DNA of 64,000 nt from Ignavibacteriaceae bacterium (GTDB lineage: Bacteria; Bacteroidota; Ignavibacteria; Ignavibacteriales; Ignavibacteriaceae), in assembly GCA_049294175.1 (NCBI GenBank), contig JBAQCL010000074.1, positions 96,384 to 160,383 of the forward strand, in the 5' to 3' direction. The stretch's first letter is position 1. Each line of letters starts with the position of its first letter. The notes below the pieces were generated by a model. The model made no database searches and had not been told where the DNA came from. It worked only from the letters and a program-made list of their open reading frames with translations. A program made the translations under genes and the position numbers. Positions 39,289 through 50,083 of the stretch are shown one piece after another.

Positions 39289-40065
39289 ATGAATACAATT
39301 CATCCAACAGCTATTGTTAGCAGTAAAGCTAAAATTGGTGATAATAATATTGTCTATCCATTTACTATAATTGAAGACAATGTTGAAATCGGCAATAATT
39401 GTGAAATTGGACCGAGTGCGGTTTTATATAATGGTGCAAGGATTGGTAATAATGTAAAGATAAGGCAAGGTGCTTCTGTTGCTCACAAACCCCAGGATCT
39501 TAAGTTTGGGGACGAGGTAACTTATTTTTATGTAGATGATAATACTGTGATACACGAATTTGTTACACTTCATCGTGGTACCGTAGAAACCGGTTTTTCA
39601 AGAGTAGGAAAAAATTGCCTGCTAATGGCATATACTCATATTGCGCACGATTGTGTAATTGGAGATAACGTGATCTTTTCCAACGGGGTTCAGGTTGCCG
39701 GGCACGTTTCAGTTGATGATTGGGTGATAATGGGCGGCACAAGTGCTATTCATCAATTTAGTTTTGTTGGAAAACACTCTATGGTTGGTGCAAATTCTAT
39801 GGTCGTTAAAGATGTTCCTCCTTTTGTTATGAGTGGCAGGTTCCCGATAAAGTATGAGGGACTAAATAGAATTGGGCTGAGAAGACGCGGTTTTAGCAAC
39901 GATGATATTGAAACAATTAAAAAAGCTTATGATTTAATTTATAATTCCGGTCTTAATGTTACTCAGGCGCTTTCGAGGGTTGAACCTGAACTTGGCAGTA
40001 ATCAATATGTTCAAGATATTATTTCATTCATCCGTACAAGTAAACGCGGGATTATCGGTAGATGA
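39289..40065 (+). CDS. lpxA: acyl-ACP--UDP-N-acetylglucosamine O-acyltransferase
   Basis: 258 aa with hexapeptide repeats plus the C-terminal LpxA helical domain (NRIGLRRRGFS). Ends at a TGA. Confidence 0.92.
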   Translation: MNTIHPTAIVSSKAKIGDNNIVYPFTIIEDNVEIGNNCEIGPSAVLYNGARIGNNVKIRQGASVAHKPQDLKFGDEVTYFYVDDNTVIHEFVTLHRGTVETGFSRVGKNCLLMAYTHIAHDCVIGDNVIFSNGVQVAGHVSVDDWVIMGGTSAIHQFSFVGKHSMVGANSMVVKDVPPFVMSGRFPIKYEGLNRIGLRRRGFSNDDIETIKKAYDLIYNSGLNVTQALSRVEPELGSNQYVQDIISFIRTSKRGIIGR

Positions 40066-40844
40066 AATGGAATTTTATCAATTCAGGAAGTAATAATGGT
40101 AAGTACAATATGGATTTTGATATCCATCTTGCGCAAAGTTTTAAACCTCAAAATGCAATTCTAAGACTTTATCGCTGGAATCCTTATTGCATTTCACTTG
40201 GCGCTAATCAACCTCTTAATGATATTGATCTTACAAAAGTTAAGGCTGATGGTATTGATGTTGTAAAAAGACCAACGGGTGGAAGAGCAATTCTTCATGC
40301 AGAAGAATTAACTTATTCCGTTGTTTATCCTATTGAATCCACGACATCTGCAAAAAATATTTATAATGAAATAAACCTTGCTTTGCGTAAAGGATTAATA
40401 GAATTTGATTCCAAACTATCTGAAATAGATCTCGAACATACGCAACCAGATTTTAAAGAATTTTATAAATCTGATGCAGGTGGAATTTGTTTTGCGGTAT
40501 CTGCAAAAAGCGAACTTAATTATAGAGGGAAAAAAATTGTTGGAAGCGCTCAGAGAAAAATTGGCAATGTAATTTTACAGCACGGATCAATTCTTTGCGG
40601 CGGGTTTCATAAAAAAATTGTTAATTATTTAAATGTTGATGAGTCAAAAAAGTATAATATACTTTCTGAAATTTCTAATACAACTATAGACCTTAAAACT
40701 GCACTGAATTATAAAATCGATTATTCTAAATTAGCAACAGCGATATTAAAAGGATTTGAAAATCATTTTGCAGAAAAATTTGAAATTGTCGATCATCCGG
40801 AAGGTATTTATAACAATATTTCAGAAATTCACTTTGCCAGTTAA
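40062..40844 (+). CDS. lipoate/octanoate protein ligase family protein (BPL_LplA_LipB)
   Basis: RLYRW.P..ISLG, VVKRPTGGRAILH and KIVGSAQRK motifs. The ATGA start overlaps the lpxA stop. Confidence 0.7.
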   Translation: MKWNFINSGSNNGKYNMDFDIHLAQSFKPQNAILRLYRWNPYCISLGANQPLNDIDLTKVKADGIDVVKRPTGGRAILHAEELTYSVVYPIESTTSAKNIYNEINLALRKGLIEFDSKLSEIDLEHTQPDFKEFYKSDAGGICFAVSAKSELNYRGKKIVGSAQRKIGNVILQHGSILCGGFHKKIVNYLNVDESKKYNILSEISNTTIDLKTALNYKIDYSKLATAILKGFENHFAEKFEIVDHPEGIYNNISEIHFAS

Positions 40845-40872
40845 AAACACACAAATAAAATCATTCCTGTTT

Positions 40873-41949
40873 ATGTCTGCAAAACAATTAGTTGTAATAA
40901 TATTTTGTTTATTAACCTTTTCTGCATTTGCGCAGGTTGAATCCCAGCAGTTTCTTGAAGGTGCACAAATTACCGACATAAAACAGCAGAACGGATTTCT
41001 TTGGATAGCAACTTATGGGCAGGGCATTTATCAGTACTCGTTAAAAGACAGTAAGTGGACAAATTACTCCAGTAAAAGCGGAAATCTTGAAAATGATCTT
41101 TTTCATTGTGTTGCTGCAAGTAAAGATTATATATGGGCAGGAGCTAATGAAGGCTTATATATTTATTCTCGCAGAACAAAAAAATGGACTAAAAGAAAAT
41201 TTACACAGGGTGGTGAGTTTGGTAATTGGATTAGAAGTTTAAACTTTGATGAAAAAAGAAACAGGCTCTGGATCGGCAGGTTTCGTAACATTACTGTGTT
41301 TGATTTAAAGACAAATAAATTTACAGATTACAACAAAGTTCAAAATGGTGATGAGAAGACTAATAATTTTAACAACATAGTTTTTGATGGTGACAGTGTT
41401 GTCTGGTTTGGTGCTGAATCTGGCTTGCATAAATTTAATGCTAAGAAAAGGATTGACGATCAATCTGCCTGGCTGTTTATAAATAATAAAGGCAGAAGTT
41501 TTAATGGAGAAGGTAATTCCGTTTCGGTTTCGGATTTTGTTTTTGAAAAAAATAATGTGTGGCTCGGTACTGATGAATTTATATCAAAGGAACAACCCGA
41601 ATATAATGTGGGCGGGATTTACATCTGGGATAGAAAATTAAAATGGGATAGAATTTCAAAAGCTGATGGCTTGGGCGGTAACGGAATTTATTGTCTTGCA
41701 CGCACGGGCAACTACATCTGGGCAGGAGTTTATGAATTCAAAAAAAATGATAAAGAAGAATATGGAAAAGGATTATATTTAATTAATCGCAGAACAAAAA
41801 AAGTTACACCGATCGATCTTAACCAACTAAATACAACTACATCAAACATATTATCTCTCTTTTTCGATGGAACAAATCTCTGGATAGGAACTTCATCTGG
41901 TTTAGTGCGTCTTCAAATAGGTAATGAACTGGCAAAACTTAAAAAGTAG
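40873..41949 (+). CDS. secreted two-component-regulator-propeller-like repeat protein
   Basis: The ATG at 40873 gives a signal peptide (MSAKQLVVIIFCLLTFSAFA). Repeated LWIAT/IWAG...GLY.Y units resemble Reg_prop blades. The 40756 start in the ORF track overlaps the previous gene. Confidence 0.5.
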   Translation: MSAKQLVVIIFCLLTFSAFAQVESQQFLEGAQITDIKQQNGFLWIATYGQGIYQYSLKDSKWTNYSSKSGNLENDLFHCVAASKDYIWAGANEGLYIYSRRTKKWTKRKFTQGGEFGNWIRSLNFDEKRNRLWIGRFRNITVFDLKTNKFTDYNKVQNGDEKTNNFNNIVFDGDSVVWFGAESGLHKFNAKKRIDDQSAWLFINNKGRSFNGEGNSVSVSDFVFEKNNVWLGTDEFISKEQPEYNVGGIYIWDRKLKWDRISKADGLGGNGIYCLARTGNYIWAGVYEFKKNDKEEYGKGLYLINRRTKKVTPIDLNQLNTTTSNILSLFFDGTNLWIGTSSGLVRLQIGNELAKLKK

Positions 41950-42027
41950 AACATTTAATCCCCACTTTTTACCCTCAATAATTATAGTTATTTTTAAGCC
42001 AAATTTATAAACTCATCTGGTTTGTTT

Positions 42028-43023
42028 ATGATTAATATTTCTGAAAAGAGATTAAAAGAATTAAAAGATAATTTTAAAGATAAACGTATTGCCGTAGTTG
42101 GCGATATGATGCTCGATATTTATTATTTCGGTGATGTGAAAAGAATATCACCCGAAGCTCCTGTTCCGGTGCTTGAAGTAGGCAATGAAATATACCGCTT
42201 TGGGGGAGCAGCAAACTGTGCATTAAATATCGCAAAGCTTAATGGAATACCTGAATCCATTGGCGTAATTGGCTCTGATAATTTTGCAAATATTTTTAGG
42301 TCATTACTTCGTAAAGCTAAAATTTCTCATCAGGGAATAATTGAAGATGATAACAGACCGACAACGGCTAAGACACGTGTAATTGCAGATAGCCAGCATA
42401 TTGTTCGTATTGATAAAGAAAGTAAAGAAACAATCAATCTATCCATCCAAAAGAAAATTATTAATCATCTTAAAAGTATTATTAAAAGTATTGATGGAAT
42501 TATTCTTCAGGATTATAATAAAGGCGTGTTATCGGATTTATTAATAAAACAAATTATCGAACTGGCAAAGAAACATAAAAAACTTGTTACCGTTGATCCC
42601 AAATTCAATAACTTTTTTTCTTATAAAAATGTTACTGTGTTTAAACCGAATAGAAAAGAAGCCGAAGATATTCTTGGCATAAAAATCAAAACGGATAAGG
42701 ATATTTCTTATGCCGGCAATACTTTATTAAAAAAGGTAAATGCAAAAAATATTTTATTAACTCTTGGAGAAGATGGAATTGCTGTTTTTGAAAAGGGAAA
42801 ACCTGAAAAGAGAATGCCGACCAAAGCAAGAAAAGTTGCAGATGTTTCAGGTGCAGGTGATACAGTTATCTCAACATTAACTATGGCTCTTGCTGCCGGC
42901 GCAAATATTTGGGAAGCATCATACCTTGCTAATTATGCGGGTGGAATCGTTTGTGAAGAAATTGGAATTATACCAATAGAAATTGATAAACTTTTTGATA
43001 CGATATTGAAAGAACCCAAATGA
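42028..43023 (+). CDS. hldA: D-glycero-beta-D-manno-heptose-7-phosphate kinase (RfaE domain I)
   Basis: PfkB-family protein with VVGDMMLDIYYFGDVKRISPEAPVPV and DVSGAGDT motifs. Alternative TTG start at 42022. Confidence 0.85.
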   Translation: MINISEKRLKELKDNFKDKRIAVVGDMMLDIYYFGDVKRISPEAPVPVLEVGNEIYRFGGAANCALNIAKLNGIPESIGVIGSDNFANIFRSLLRKAKISHQGIIEDDNRPTTAKTRVIADSQHIVRIDKESKETINLSIQKKIINHLKSIIKSIDGIILQDYNKGVLSDLLIKQIIELAKKHKKLVTVDPKFNNFFSYKNVTVFKPNRKEAEDILGIKIKTDKDISYAGNTLLKKVNAKNILLTLGEDGIAVFEKGKPEKRMPTKARKVADVSGAGDTVISTLTMALAAGANIWEASYLANYAGGIVCEEIGIIPIEIDKLFDTILKEPK

Positions 43024-43499
43024 GTAATATTAAAACAATAGAAGACATAAAAGCTTTAAGAAAGCGATGGAAAGCTGAAGGCAAAAAAGTTGTTTTTACA
43101 AACGGTTGTTTTGATTTAATTCATTCCGGTCATGTTGATTATCTTGTTAAGGCAAAAGAGATGGGCGATATTTTAATTCTTGCCTTAAATACCGATACAT
43201 CGGTAAAAAGAATAAAAGGAAACAAACGTCCAATCCTTAAACAGGATGAAAGAGCATTTATTGTCTCAAATCTTAAACCTGTTGATTACGTAACATTTTT
43301 TGAAGAAGATACTCCTGCAGAAATTATAAGTGAATTGATTCCCGATGTTTTAGTTAAGGGCGCTGATTGGTCTTTAGATAAAATTGTAGGAAGAGAAATT
43401 GTTGAATCTAACGGCGGTGAAGTTAAAACAATTAAATTTGTTAATGATCAATCAACATCTAAAATTATACAAACCATTTTAAATAGTTATAAAGATTAG
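43020..43499 (+). CDS. hldC: D-glycero-beta-D-manno-heptose-1-phosphate adenylyltransferase (RfaE domain II)
   Basis: Cytidylyltransferase fold with FTNGCFDLIHSGHVDYL. The ATGA start overlaps the hldA stop. Confidence 0.85.
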   Translation: MSNIKTIEDIKALRKRWKAEGKKVVFTNGCFDLIHSGHVDYLVKAKEMGDILILALNTDTSVKRIKGNKRPILKQDERAFIVSNLKPVDYVTFFEEDTPAEIISELIPDVLVKGADWSLDKIVGREIVESNGGEVKTIKFVNDQSTSKIIQTILNSYKD

Positions 43500-46400
43500 T
43501 GTCTGAAGCAACTGAAAAAGAACAGAAAGTAAAGATCATTGGTCGGGGCAGAAGAGCTTTACGGATAGGTGTAAATATTTTTGTTTTCACCTTTGTAGGT
43601 ATTTTCATGTTGCTGATGATATTTTTTGGAATTTCTCAAACTCAGGTATTCAAAGATTGGCTGCGTGATACCGTAGTTGAAGTTGTAAACGGAGAGATTA
43701 ACGGAAAACTTTCTATCGATAAAATAGAAGGAACAATTTTCACATCCTTAAAAATTAAAAATACAATTTTAACTTCTGCACAAAATGATACCGTAGTTTA
43801 TGCCGGGAATATTGAACTAAAAACAAGCCCGCTTAAAATACTTTTTAAAGATATTTATATAAGAAAATTTGAATTAAGTGACACAAGAATCAAATTGGTG
43901 GAAGAAAGCGATGGACAGTTAAATCTGTTAAAAATATTTCCATCTTCAGCAGATACAGATACAACGAGTTCAGAATTTCCATTTGCAATTGAGGTTGCAG
44001 ATTTCCGGTTGAAGAATGTAAATCTTTCAATGCAAAAATATGATAAAGTCGGCAGCACTGAATCATATCCAAACATAAATATGGATGATCTTAGAATAAA
44101 CGATCTTAATGTTTCATTTAATGCTTATATAGATCTAAATAAATATGAATATCGTCTAACTGTCGAAGATATCTCCTTTAATCCCAACTTTAAGTTTTTT
44201 AATCTTAAACATCTTAGCGGCACTATTTTATTAACACCAAAAATTGCGGGAATAAACAAACTACACCTGGTAACTGATCAATCGGATTTTGAATTAAATG
44301 CCGGCGTTTTAGGTATAGATTTATTAAAAGATTTTTCAATGGATAAATTAGGAGAAGCCCCTATCAGGTTTTCGCTTAATGCAGACAAAATTAATTTTGA
44401 AGAAATAACTACATACGTTCCGCCAATGGAAATGTTAAGCGGAACTATCTCGACAAATTTTGAAGCTTCAGGTACTTTGAATGACTTGCAGGTAAAAAAG
44501 ATAGCTGTTAATTATAATAACACATCGCTTGAAGCAATTGCAAATATTAAAAACTTGCTTGATGCTGATAATATGTTTATTAATATTTCCTTTAGCGATT
44601 CATATCTTGATCCATCGGACCCATCTAAGTTATTCAAAAAATCAAATCTTCCCGAGTATAAAGAGTTTGGAATTATAAAATTTGATACCTTAACATACGC
44701 GGGTACTCTTAGTAAGTTTAATTCCAGGTTTGCCATCAGAACAGATAAGGGAGATTTGAATGGCGGTGCTGTCCTCAATTTTTTACAGTCTGAAATGCAG
44801 TACGACGTAAAATTATTTACAAAAAAAATGGATTTAAGTTCATTCATTTCGATTCCCACAAATTTCAATTCTGAAATTAAAATTTCGGGAACCGGAACAA
44901 ATCCGCAAAATATGAAGATGCAAATGTCGTTGGCTGCAGGGGAATCAAAATTTGGCAACACATATTTAAAAGAAATTTTGTTGAACTCAACTGCTAAAGA
45001 CGGGTTGATAAAAACAACTTTTCAGATAGCTTCAGATTCAATATCGGTTGACCTAAATGCAGATATTGATTTTGAGGTGCCTGATGATCCGTCGTATGAA
45101 TTAAATGGAAAAATTAACGAGTTAAATATTGGCAGGCTTCTACAAAATAAATCATTGGAATCAAAAATAAATTTAACAATTGAAGCAAGCGGACAGGGAT
45201 TTAATCCTGATAGTATGGATATATTTCTTGTTACTGATATTAAAAATTCAAGCTTTAGTGATTTTAATATAGACAGCACGAGATTAATTCTTGATGTACG
45301 CCGAAACGATAACGGAAAAAAAATAATAAATATTGTTTCGGATATTGCTGATTTTACAATTAGCGGAAACTATTCCATCGCAACTCTGGGAAATGTTATT
45401 TCTCGCGAAGCAGAGATACTTGATAAAACAATTTCCGAAAAAATTAATCCCGTCTTTTCAAATGATTCTCTTATAACCAACTTGAACAACACAATTGTTC
45501 TTGATAATCTTAATTCAGTTCCTGATTTCAATTTAGATTATCTTCTTGATTTTAAAGAATCGCTTACTCTTTATTTAAATCCGTATTATTTACAGATTGA
45601 TGGTCAAATGAAAGGAAACATAAACTCTTTAGCAGACACTTTAGCGTTTGTTCTAAATGCGGATTTTAACTATCTGAAATTTTGGAGTGAAGAAAAAGTA
45701 CTATTTGTTGTCAATACAAAGTTTGCCTGTGTACTTAATAATCATTTGATTAATGGATACAGGGGAAATATTAATGCCGATATTAGTTTTAATTCAGAAA
45801 GGTTATATGCAGGCAGTAATATTTATAATCTCTCTTCAAAAATTTTATTTGACGGAAGTAAACTTTCGCTTAATACGCACGGAGATTATGAAGATAAAGC
45901 AAATGCCAAAATAAATGCATTAGCTTTATTTAACGAGAATGTGATGACTATTAAAATTGATACTCTCGATTTAATTTATAATAAATTAAAAATTTACAAC
46001 CCTGGCAATCTGGTTCTTTCATATAAGAATGAAGCCGTTACCTTCAATGATTTTTTACTTAATGCGGCTGGCGGAACAATTAAAGTGGATGGATCATTTG
46101 GAGCAAATGGAGATAGTAGTGCAACTTTTTCGGTTGACAATGTAAGTGGAGAAAAAATAGCTAAAGATTTAATAGGGCTTCCAAGCGAAAATAAAATTAA
46201 AGCTGATATTAATATTAAAGGGTTGTTAAGCGGTAATTTCTCGGATCCCAAGTTTTCTATCAGCGCAAATGCAAATGATATTTTTTATGCAAACAGCAGT
46301 TTCGGATCGTTGGTTTCTAAATATGATTACGCAAATAATTCTATTAAAACAGATATAAGATTTATAGACTCACTAAACAATTTTGATTCTCCTAAAATAC

Positions 46401-47977
46401 TTGTAACCGGATTTGTGCCATTAGAACTTTCTTCCAATGTTGATTCAACAAAAAAGATGAACGAGCAACTTGATTTAACTATCCAGTCCTTCGATTATGA
46501 TTTAAGTGCTTTGTCGGATATATTCCCTTATGTTCGATTTCAAAAGGGAAAACTTGAAACAGATATTTATGTTACAGGTACAATTTCCAAACCTGCCGCC
46601 ATAGGATATTTTAGCATTAAAGAAGCAAGGTTTAAAATAGGTAACAATAATCTTGATTATGATCTTAATACTAAAATCTGGATAGATGATGAAGTTATAA
46701 CAATTGAAAGCGTTGAACTTAAAAATGTACAGGGTACAAAATACGGAGGTACAATTAAGGGTGAAGGAATTTTTAAGTTAAAAAACTTTAGACCTGATTC
46801 ATCCTATGTTAAACTTAGCGGTGATCTTAAAGTTTTAGATGATATTTCAAAATCAGCAAACCCATACGCTTATGGTGATCTTGCTTTGCAAACGAGGGGA
46901 GATATAGTTTATACCGAATACAAAGGTAAGGCATATTTGTCATTACCTGTTGATGTTACTGTCGCTGAACTTACAATCCCGCTTAATAAATCAGCATACG
47001 CCAGTTCTTCTGGGTTTATTTACAAGTACAATAACTATAATATTGATTATAATAAATTATCTGTTGAGCTGGATAGTCTTATCCAATTATCAAACAAAAA
47101 AAATATTAATGGAATAGTTGTTGTAGAACCATCAAAGTTTGATTATACAATTGATATTAAATTGGATACCGAAGCGGAAGTGGCAATCATTTTATCCAAA
47201 GAACTTGACCAGAATTTAAATTTGATATTAGGAGGTGATTTCTTTCTCGAATCCGTTGATGGAAAAACAAAGAGCGGCGGTGCTCTTAAACTGCTTGAAG
47301 GATCTAAATTATCTTTTATAAAAACATTTGAAGCTACAGGCAATGTAAGTTTTGAAAAACTAAATAATCCTATTATTGATATTACCGGTACTTATAAAGA
47401 TTATTATACTGGTGATGAAAAGACTGGTGGCACTGAACAAGAGGTTGCCGTAAAAATAAAACTTAAAGGTCCATTAAGTGAATTGAATCAAAATTTTGTA
47501 AGGGATGAAAATAATATTGGTGTTTATATTGGCAAGCAAAATATTGAAGAGGATAAAAAAGATGCTTCTAAGTCTGCTTCAGATGCGTTTTTCTTTATTA
47601 TAACAGGTAACTTTGCAGACAACGCTACACAGCAGGATAAAAATGCCGTTGCTTCAACAGCAACATCTCTGGCTGGTTCGGTTTTGGGTGGATTTCTAAA
47701 TCAATATCTTGGCGATTATGTAAAAAGTGTTCAGCTAAGGCAGGTTGGGGCAGAAACAAAATTTAGTTTGCTTGGTAAAGCCGGAGATTTTAAATATGAA
47801 ATTGGTGGTTCAACAGATGTTTTTCAGGATCTAAGCCGTGCAAACATTAAAATTGAATATCCAATTACACAAAGGTTACAGTTGAAACTTGAAAGAAAAG
47901 AATCCGAAAACCAATTGAATTCTATCAACAACCCTTTGTTTAATCAACTTGGTCTAAAATATAATTTTGAGTTTTAA
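43499..47977 (+). CDS. tamB: translocation and assembly module protein TamB (DUF490)
   Basis: 1492 aa with an N-terminal TM anchor, a long beta-rich body and a C-terminal DUF490-like segment (QLRQVGAETKFSLLGK...IKIEYPITQRLQLKLERK). The GTG start overlaps the hldC stop. Confidence 0.75.
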   Translation: MSEATEKEQKVKIIGRGRRALRIGVNIFVFTFVGIFMLLMIFFGISQTQVFKDWLRDTVVEVVNGEINGKLSIDKIEGTIFTSLKIKNTILTSAQNDTVVYAGNIELKTSPLKILFKDIYIRKFELSDTRIKLVEESDGQLNLLKIFPSSADTDTTSSEFPFAIEVADFRLKNVNLSMQKYDKVGSTESYPNINMDDLRINDLNVSFNAYIDLNKYEYRLTVEDISFNPNFKFFNLKHLSGTILLTPKIAGINKLHLVTDQSDFELNAGVLGIDLLKDFSMDKLGEAPIRFSLNADKINFEEITTYVPPMEMLSGTISTNFEASGTLNDLQVKKIAVNYNNTSLEAIANIKNLLDADNMFINISFSDSYLDPSDPSKLFKKSNLPEYKEFGIIKFDTLTYAGTLSKFNSRFAIRTDKGDLNGGAVLNFLQSEMQYDVKLFTKKMDLSSFISIPTNFNSEIKISGTGTNPQNMKMQMSLAAGESKFGNTYLKEILLNSTAKDGLIKTTFQIASDSISVDLNADIDFEVPDDPSYELNGKINELNIGRLLQNKSLESKINLTIEASGQGFNPDSMDIFLVTDIKNSSFSDFNIDSTRLILDVRRNDNGKKIINIVSDIADFTISGNYSIATLGNVISREAEILDKTISEKINPVFSNDSLITNLNNTIVLDNLNSVPDFNLDYLLDFKESLTLYLNPYYLQIDGQMKGNINSLADTLAFVLNADFNYLKFWSEEKVLFVVNTKFACVLNNHLINGYRGNINADISFNSERLYAGSNIYNLSSKILFDGSKLSLNTHGDYEDKANAKINALALFNENVMTIKIDTLDLIYNKLKIYNPGNLVLSYKNEAVTFNDFLLNAAGGTIKVDGSFGANGDSSATFSVDNVSGEKIAKDLIGLPSENKIKADINIKGLLSGNFSDPKFSISANANDIFYANSSFGSLVSKYDYANNSIKTDIRFIDSLNNFDSPKILVTGFVPLELSSNVDSTKKMNEQLDLTIQSFDYDLSALSDIFPYVRFQKGKLETDIYVTGTISKPAAIGYFSIKEARFKIGNNNLDYDLNTKIWIDDEVITIESVELKNVQGTKYGGTIKGEGIFKLKNFRPDSSYVKLSGDLKVLDDISKSANPYAYGDLALQTRGDIVYTEYKGKAYLSLPVDVTVAELTIPLNKSAYASSSGFIYKYNNYNIDYNKLSVELDSLIQLSNKKNINGIVVVEPSKFDYTIDIKLDTEAEVAIILSKELDQNLNLILGGDFFLESVDGKTKSGGALKLLEGSKLSFIKTFEATGNVSFEKLNNPIIDITGTYKDYYTGDEKTGGTEQEVAVKIKLKGPLSELNQNFVRDENNIGVYIGKQNIEEDKKDASKSASDAFFFIITGNFADNATQQDKNAVASTATSLAGSVLGGFLNQYLGDYVKSVQLRQVGAETKFSLLGKAGDFKYEIGGSTDVFQDLSRANIKIEYPITQRLQLKLERKESENQLNSINNPLFNQLGLKYNFEF

Positions 47978-50073
47978 TGAAAAAAGAATTAAAAGCTTTC
48001 TTTAGCAAAAATCAGGGACGTGGTTACAAACCCAAAGACCTTGCAACTAAACTTGGCTTTACTGCCGAGCATGAATATGCTTCTTTAAAAGCGGCACTTC
48101 ATAAATTAGAAGAAGAATCATTTCTTATCAGGAACGGGAAAAGATATCAGCTTAATAAATTACCACAAACAAATCTTTTAAAAGGACGTTTGGAGATAAA
48201 CAGAAACGGCTATGGTTTTGTAAATATTAATAATGAAAAATCCGGAGATGTTTTTGTAGCTGCTAGAAACATCGGAACTGCGTTTGATGGTGATATTGTT
48301 GAAGTTGAATTATTTGCCAAACAAAAAGGCAAAAACTTTGAAGGACAAATAATCCGGGTTGTTGAACGAAAACGTAAAGAGTACGTGGGTGTTATAAAAA
48401 AATCAAAATCATTTTATATTATATCAACAGATGATCCTGGAATTCATCGCGATATTTATATTAATGAATCAAAACTTAATGGCGCAAAAGCAGGGGACAA
48501 GGTTGTTGTAGGAAAATTAATTTGGGAAACTTCTATGATTAATCCGGAAGGTGAAGTTATCGAGGTTCTTGGAAAATCGGGTTCGCATGATACTGAAATA
48601 CTTTCGCTTGCCCGTGAGTTTGATCTCAAATATAAATTTGATCCCGCCGTTTTATCTGAAGCCGAGCACATTAGCGTAAAAATTCCTAAAGAAGAAATAA
48701 CAAAGAGATTGGATTATCGAGACAAAACTGTTTTTACTATTGATCCCGATGACGCTAAAGATTTTGATGATGCTCTTTCAATTGAAAAGTTGGGCAATGG
48801 AAACTATTCAGTTGGAATTCACATCGCTGATGTTTCTTACTATGTTAAAAAAGATTCCGCTTTAGATGGAGAAGCTTTTATAAGAGGTAACAGCGTTTAC
48901 TTTGTTGGAAAAGTTATCCCAATGCTGCCGGAAAAATTATCCAATCAAATCTGTTCACTTGTCCCTTATGAAGATAGGTTAACATATTCTGTTATTGTTG
49001 AAATTACACCACGCGGAAAAGTTATCGATTATAAAATTCATAAAACAATAATTAATAGTAAAAGAAGATTTACTTATGAAGAAGTTCAGCAAATAATAAC
49101 CGATAAGAAAGGTGATTTTGCAGAAGATGTTTTACAACTGAATAAAATTGCAGAAATATTAAGAAGCAAAAGAATGCGTGAAGGCAGTTTTGATTTTGTT
49201 ACTCCTGAAGTGAAATTTACTCTTGATGAAAATGGAGTTCCCGTTTCCTATGTATTAAAAGAAATGAAACAAAGTAATATGCTTGTTGAAGAGTTTATGC
49301 TTTTGGCAAACAAAGTTGTTGCAAGACATATTGCTATGCCTAAAACCGGACCCGTTGAACCGTTTATATATCGAATTCACGATTATCCGGATCCCGAAAG
49401 AATTAATGAGTTTGCAAGATTTGTTAAAACGCTCGGGTATTTGTTCGATCCAAATTCAGCATCAAAATCAAATCAGTTTCAGGCTTTGTTAAATCAGGCA
49501 AAAGGTAAAGAAGAGGAAGCCCTGATAAATGAATTGGCAATTCGTTCAATGGCAAAAGCTATTTATTCACCTAAAAATATTGGACATTTTGGTTTAGGAT
49601 TTAAACATTACACACATTTTACTTCTCCAATAAGAAGATATAGTGATTTAATTGTACATCGGCTGCTATTTGCTTACTCAAATAAAGCGAATGGGAATAT
49701 TTATTCTCTTGCGGAATTAGATCAAATTTGTAATAATATTTCTGTTAGTGAACGAAATGCTGTTGATGCTGAAAGATTCAGCATTAAACAAAAACAAATT
49801 GAGTATTTAAAAAATCATACAGGCAATGAATTTTCGGCAATAATTTCTGGTATTACAAATTTTGGAATTTTTGTTAAAATTACCGATATACTTGCCGAAG
49901 GTCTTGTAAGATTACGCGATCTTGATGATGATTACTATTTATATGATGAAAAAAAATATGCGATTATCGGAAAGCGTACAAAAAAGCAATACCGGCTTGG
50001 AGATAAAATTCATGTAAAATTAATTCGTGTTGACGAAGAAAGATCTGAATTAGATTTTATAATTCTTGAATAG
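47977..50073 (+). CDS. rnr: ribonuclease R
   Basis: N-terminal HTH/cold-shock-like region, an RNB domain (TIDPDDAKDFDDALS, HFGLGFKHYTHFTSPIRRYSDLIVHR) and a C-terminal S1 domain. Confidence 0.92.
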   Translation: MKKELKAFFSKNQGRGYKPKDLATKLGFTAEHEYASLKAALHKLEEESFLIRNGKRYQLNKLPQTNLLKGRLEINRNGYGFVNINNEKSGDVFVAARNIGTAFDGDIVEVELFAKQKGKNFEGQIIRVVERKRKEYVGVIKKSKSFYIISTDDPGIHRDIYINESKLNGAKAGDKVVVGKLIWETSMINPEGEVIEVLGKSGSHDTEILSLAREFDLKYKFDPAVLSEAEHISVKIPKEEITKRLDYRDKTVFTIDPDDAKDFDDALSIEKLGNGNYSVGIHIADVSYYVKKDSALDGEAFIRGNSVYFVGKVIPMLPEKLSNQICSLVPYEDRLTYSVIVEITPRGKVIDYKIHKTIINSKRRFTYEEVQQIITDKKGDFAEDVLQLNKIAEILRSKRMREGSFDFVTPEVKFTLDENGVPVSYVLKEMKQSNMLVEEFMLLANKVVARHIAMPKTGPVEPFIYRIHDYPDPERINEFARFVKTLGYLFDPNSASKSNQFQALLNQAKGKEEEALINELAIRSMAKAIYSPKNIGHFGLGFKHYTHFTSPIRRYSDLIVHRLLFAYSNKANGNIYSLAELDQICNNISVSERNAVDAERFSIKQKQIEYLKNHTGNEFSAIISGITNFGIFVKITDILAEGLVRLRDLDDDYYLYDEKKYAIIGKRTKKQYRLGDKIHVKLIRVDEERSELDFIILE

Positions 50074-50083
50074 AGGATAAAAG

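Noticed and set aside
40756-40872. Upstream ATG start for the propeller-repeat gene, which would overlap the lipoate ligase gene by 89 nt.
   Set aside because: The ATG at 40873 yields a clean signal peptide and removes the overlap.
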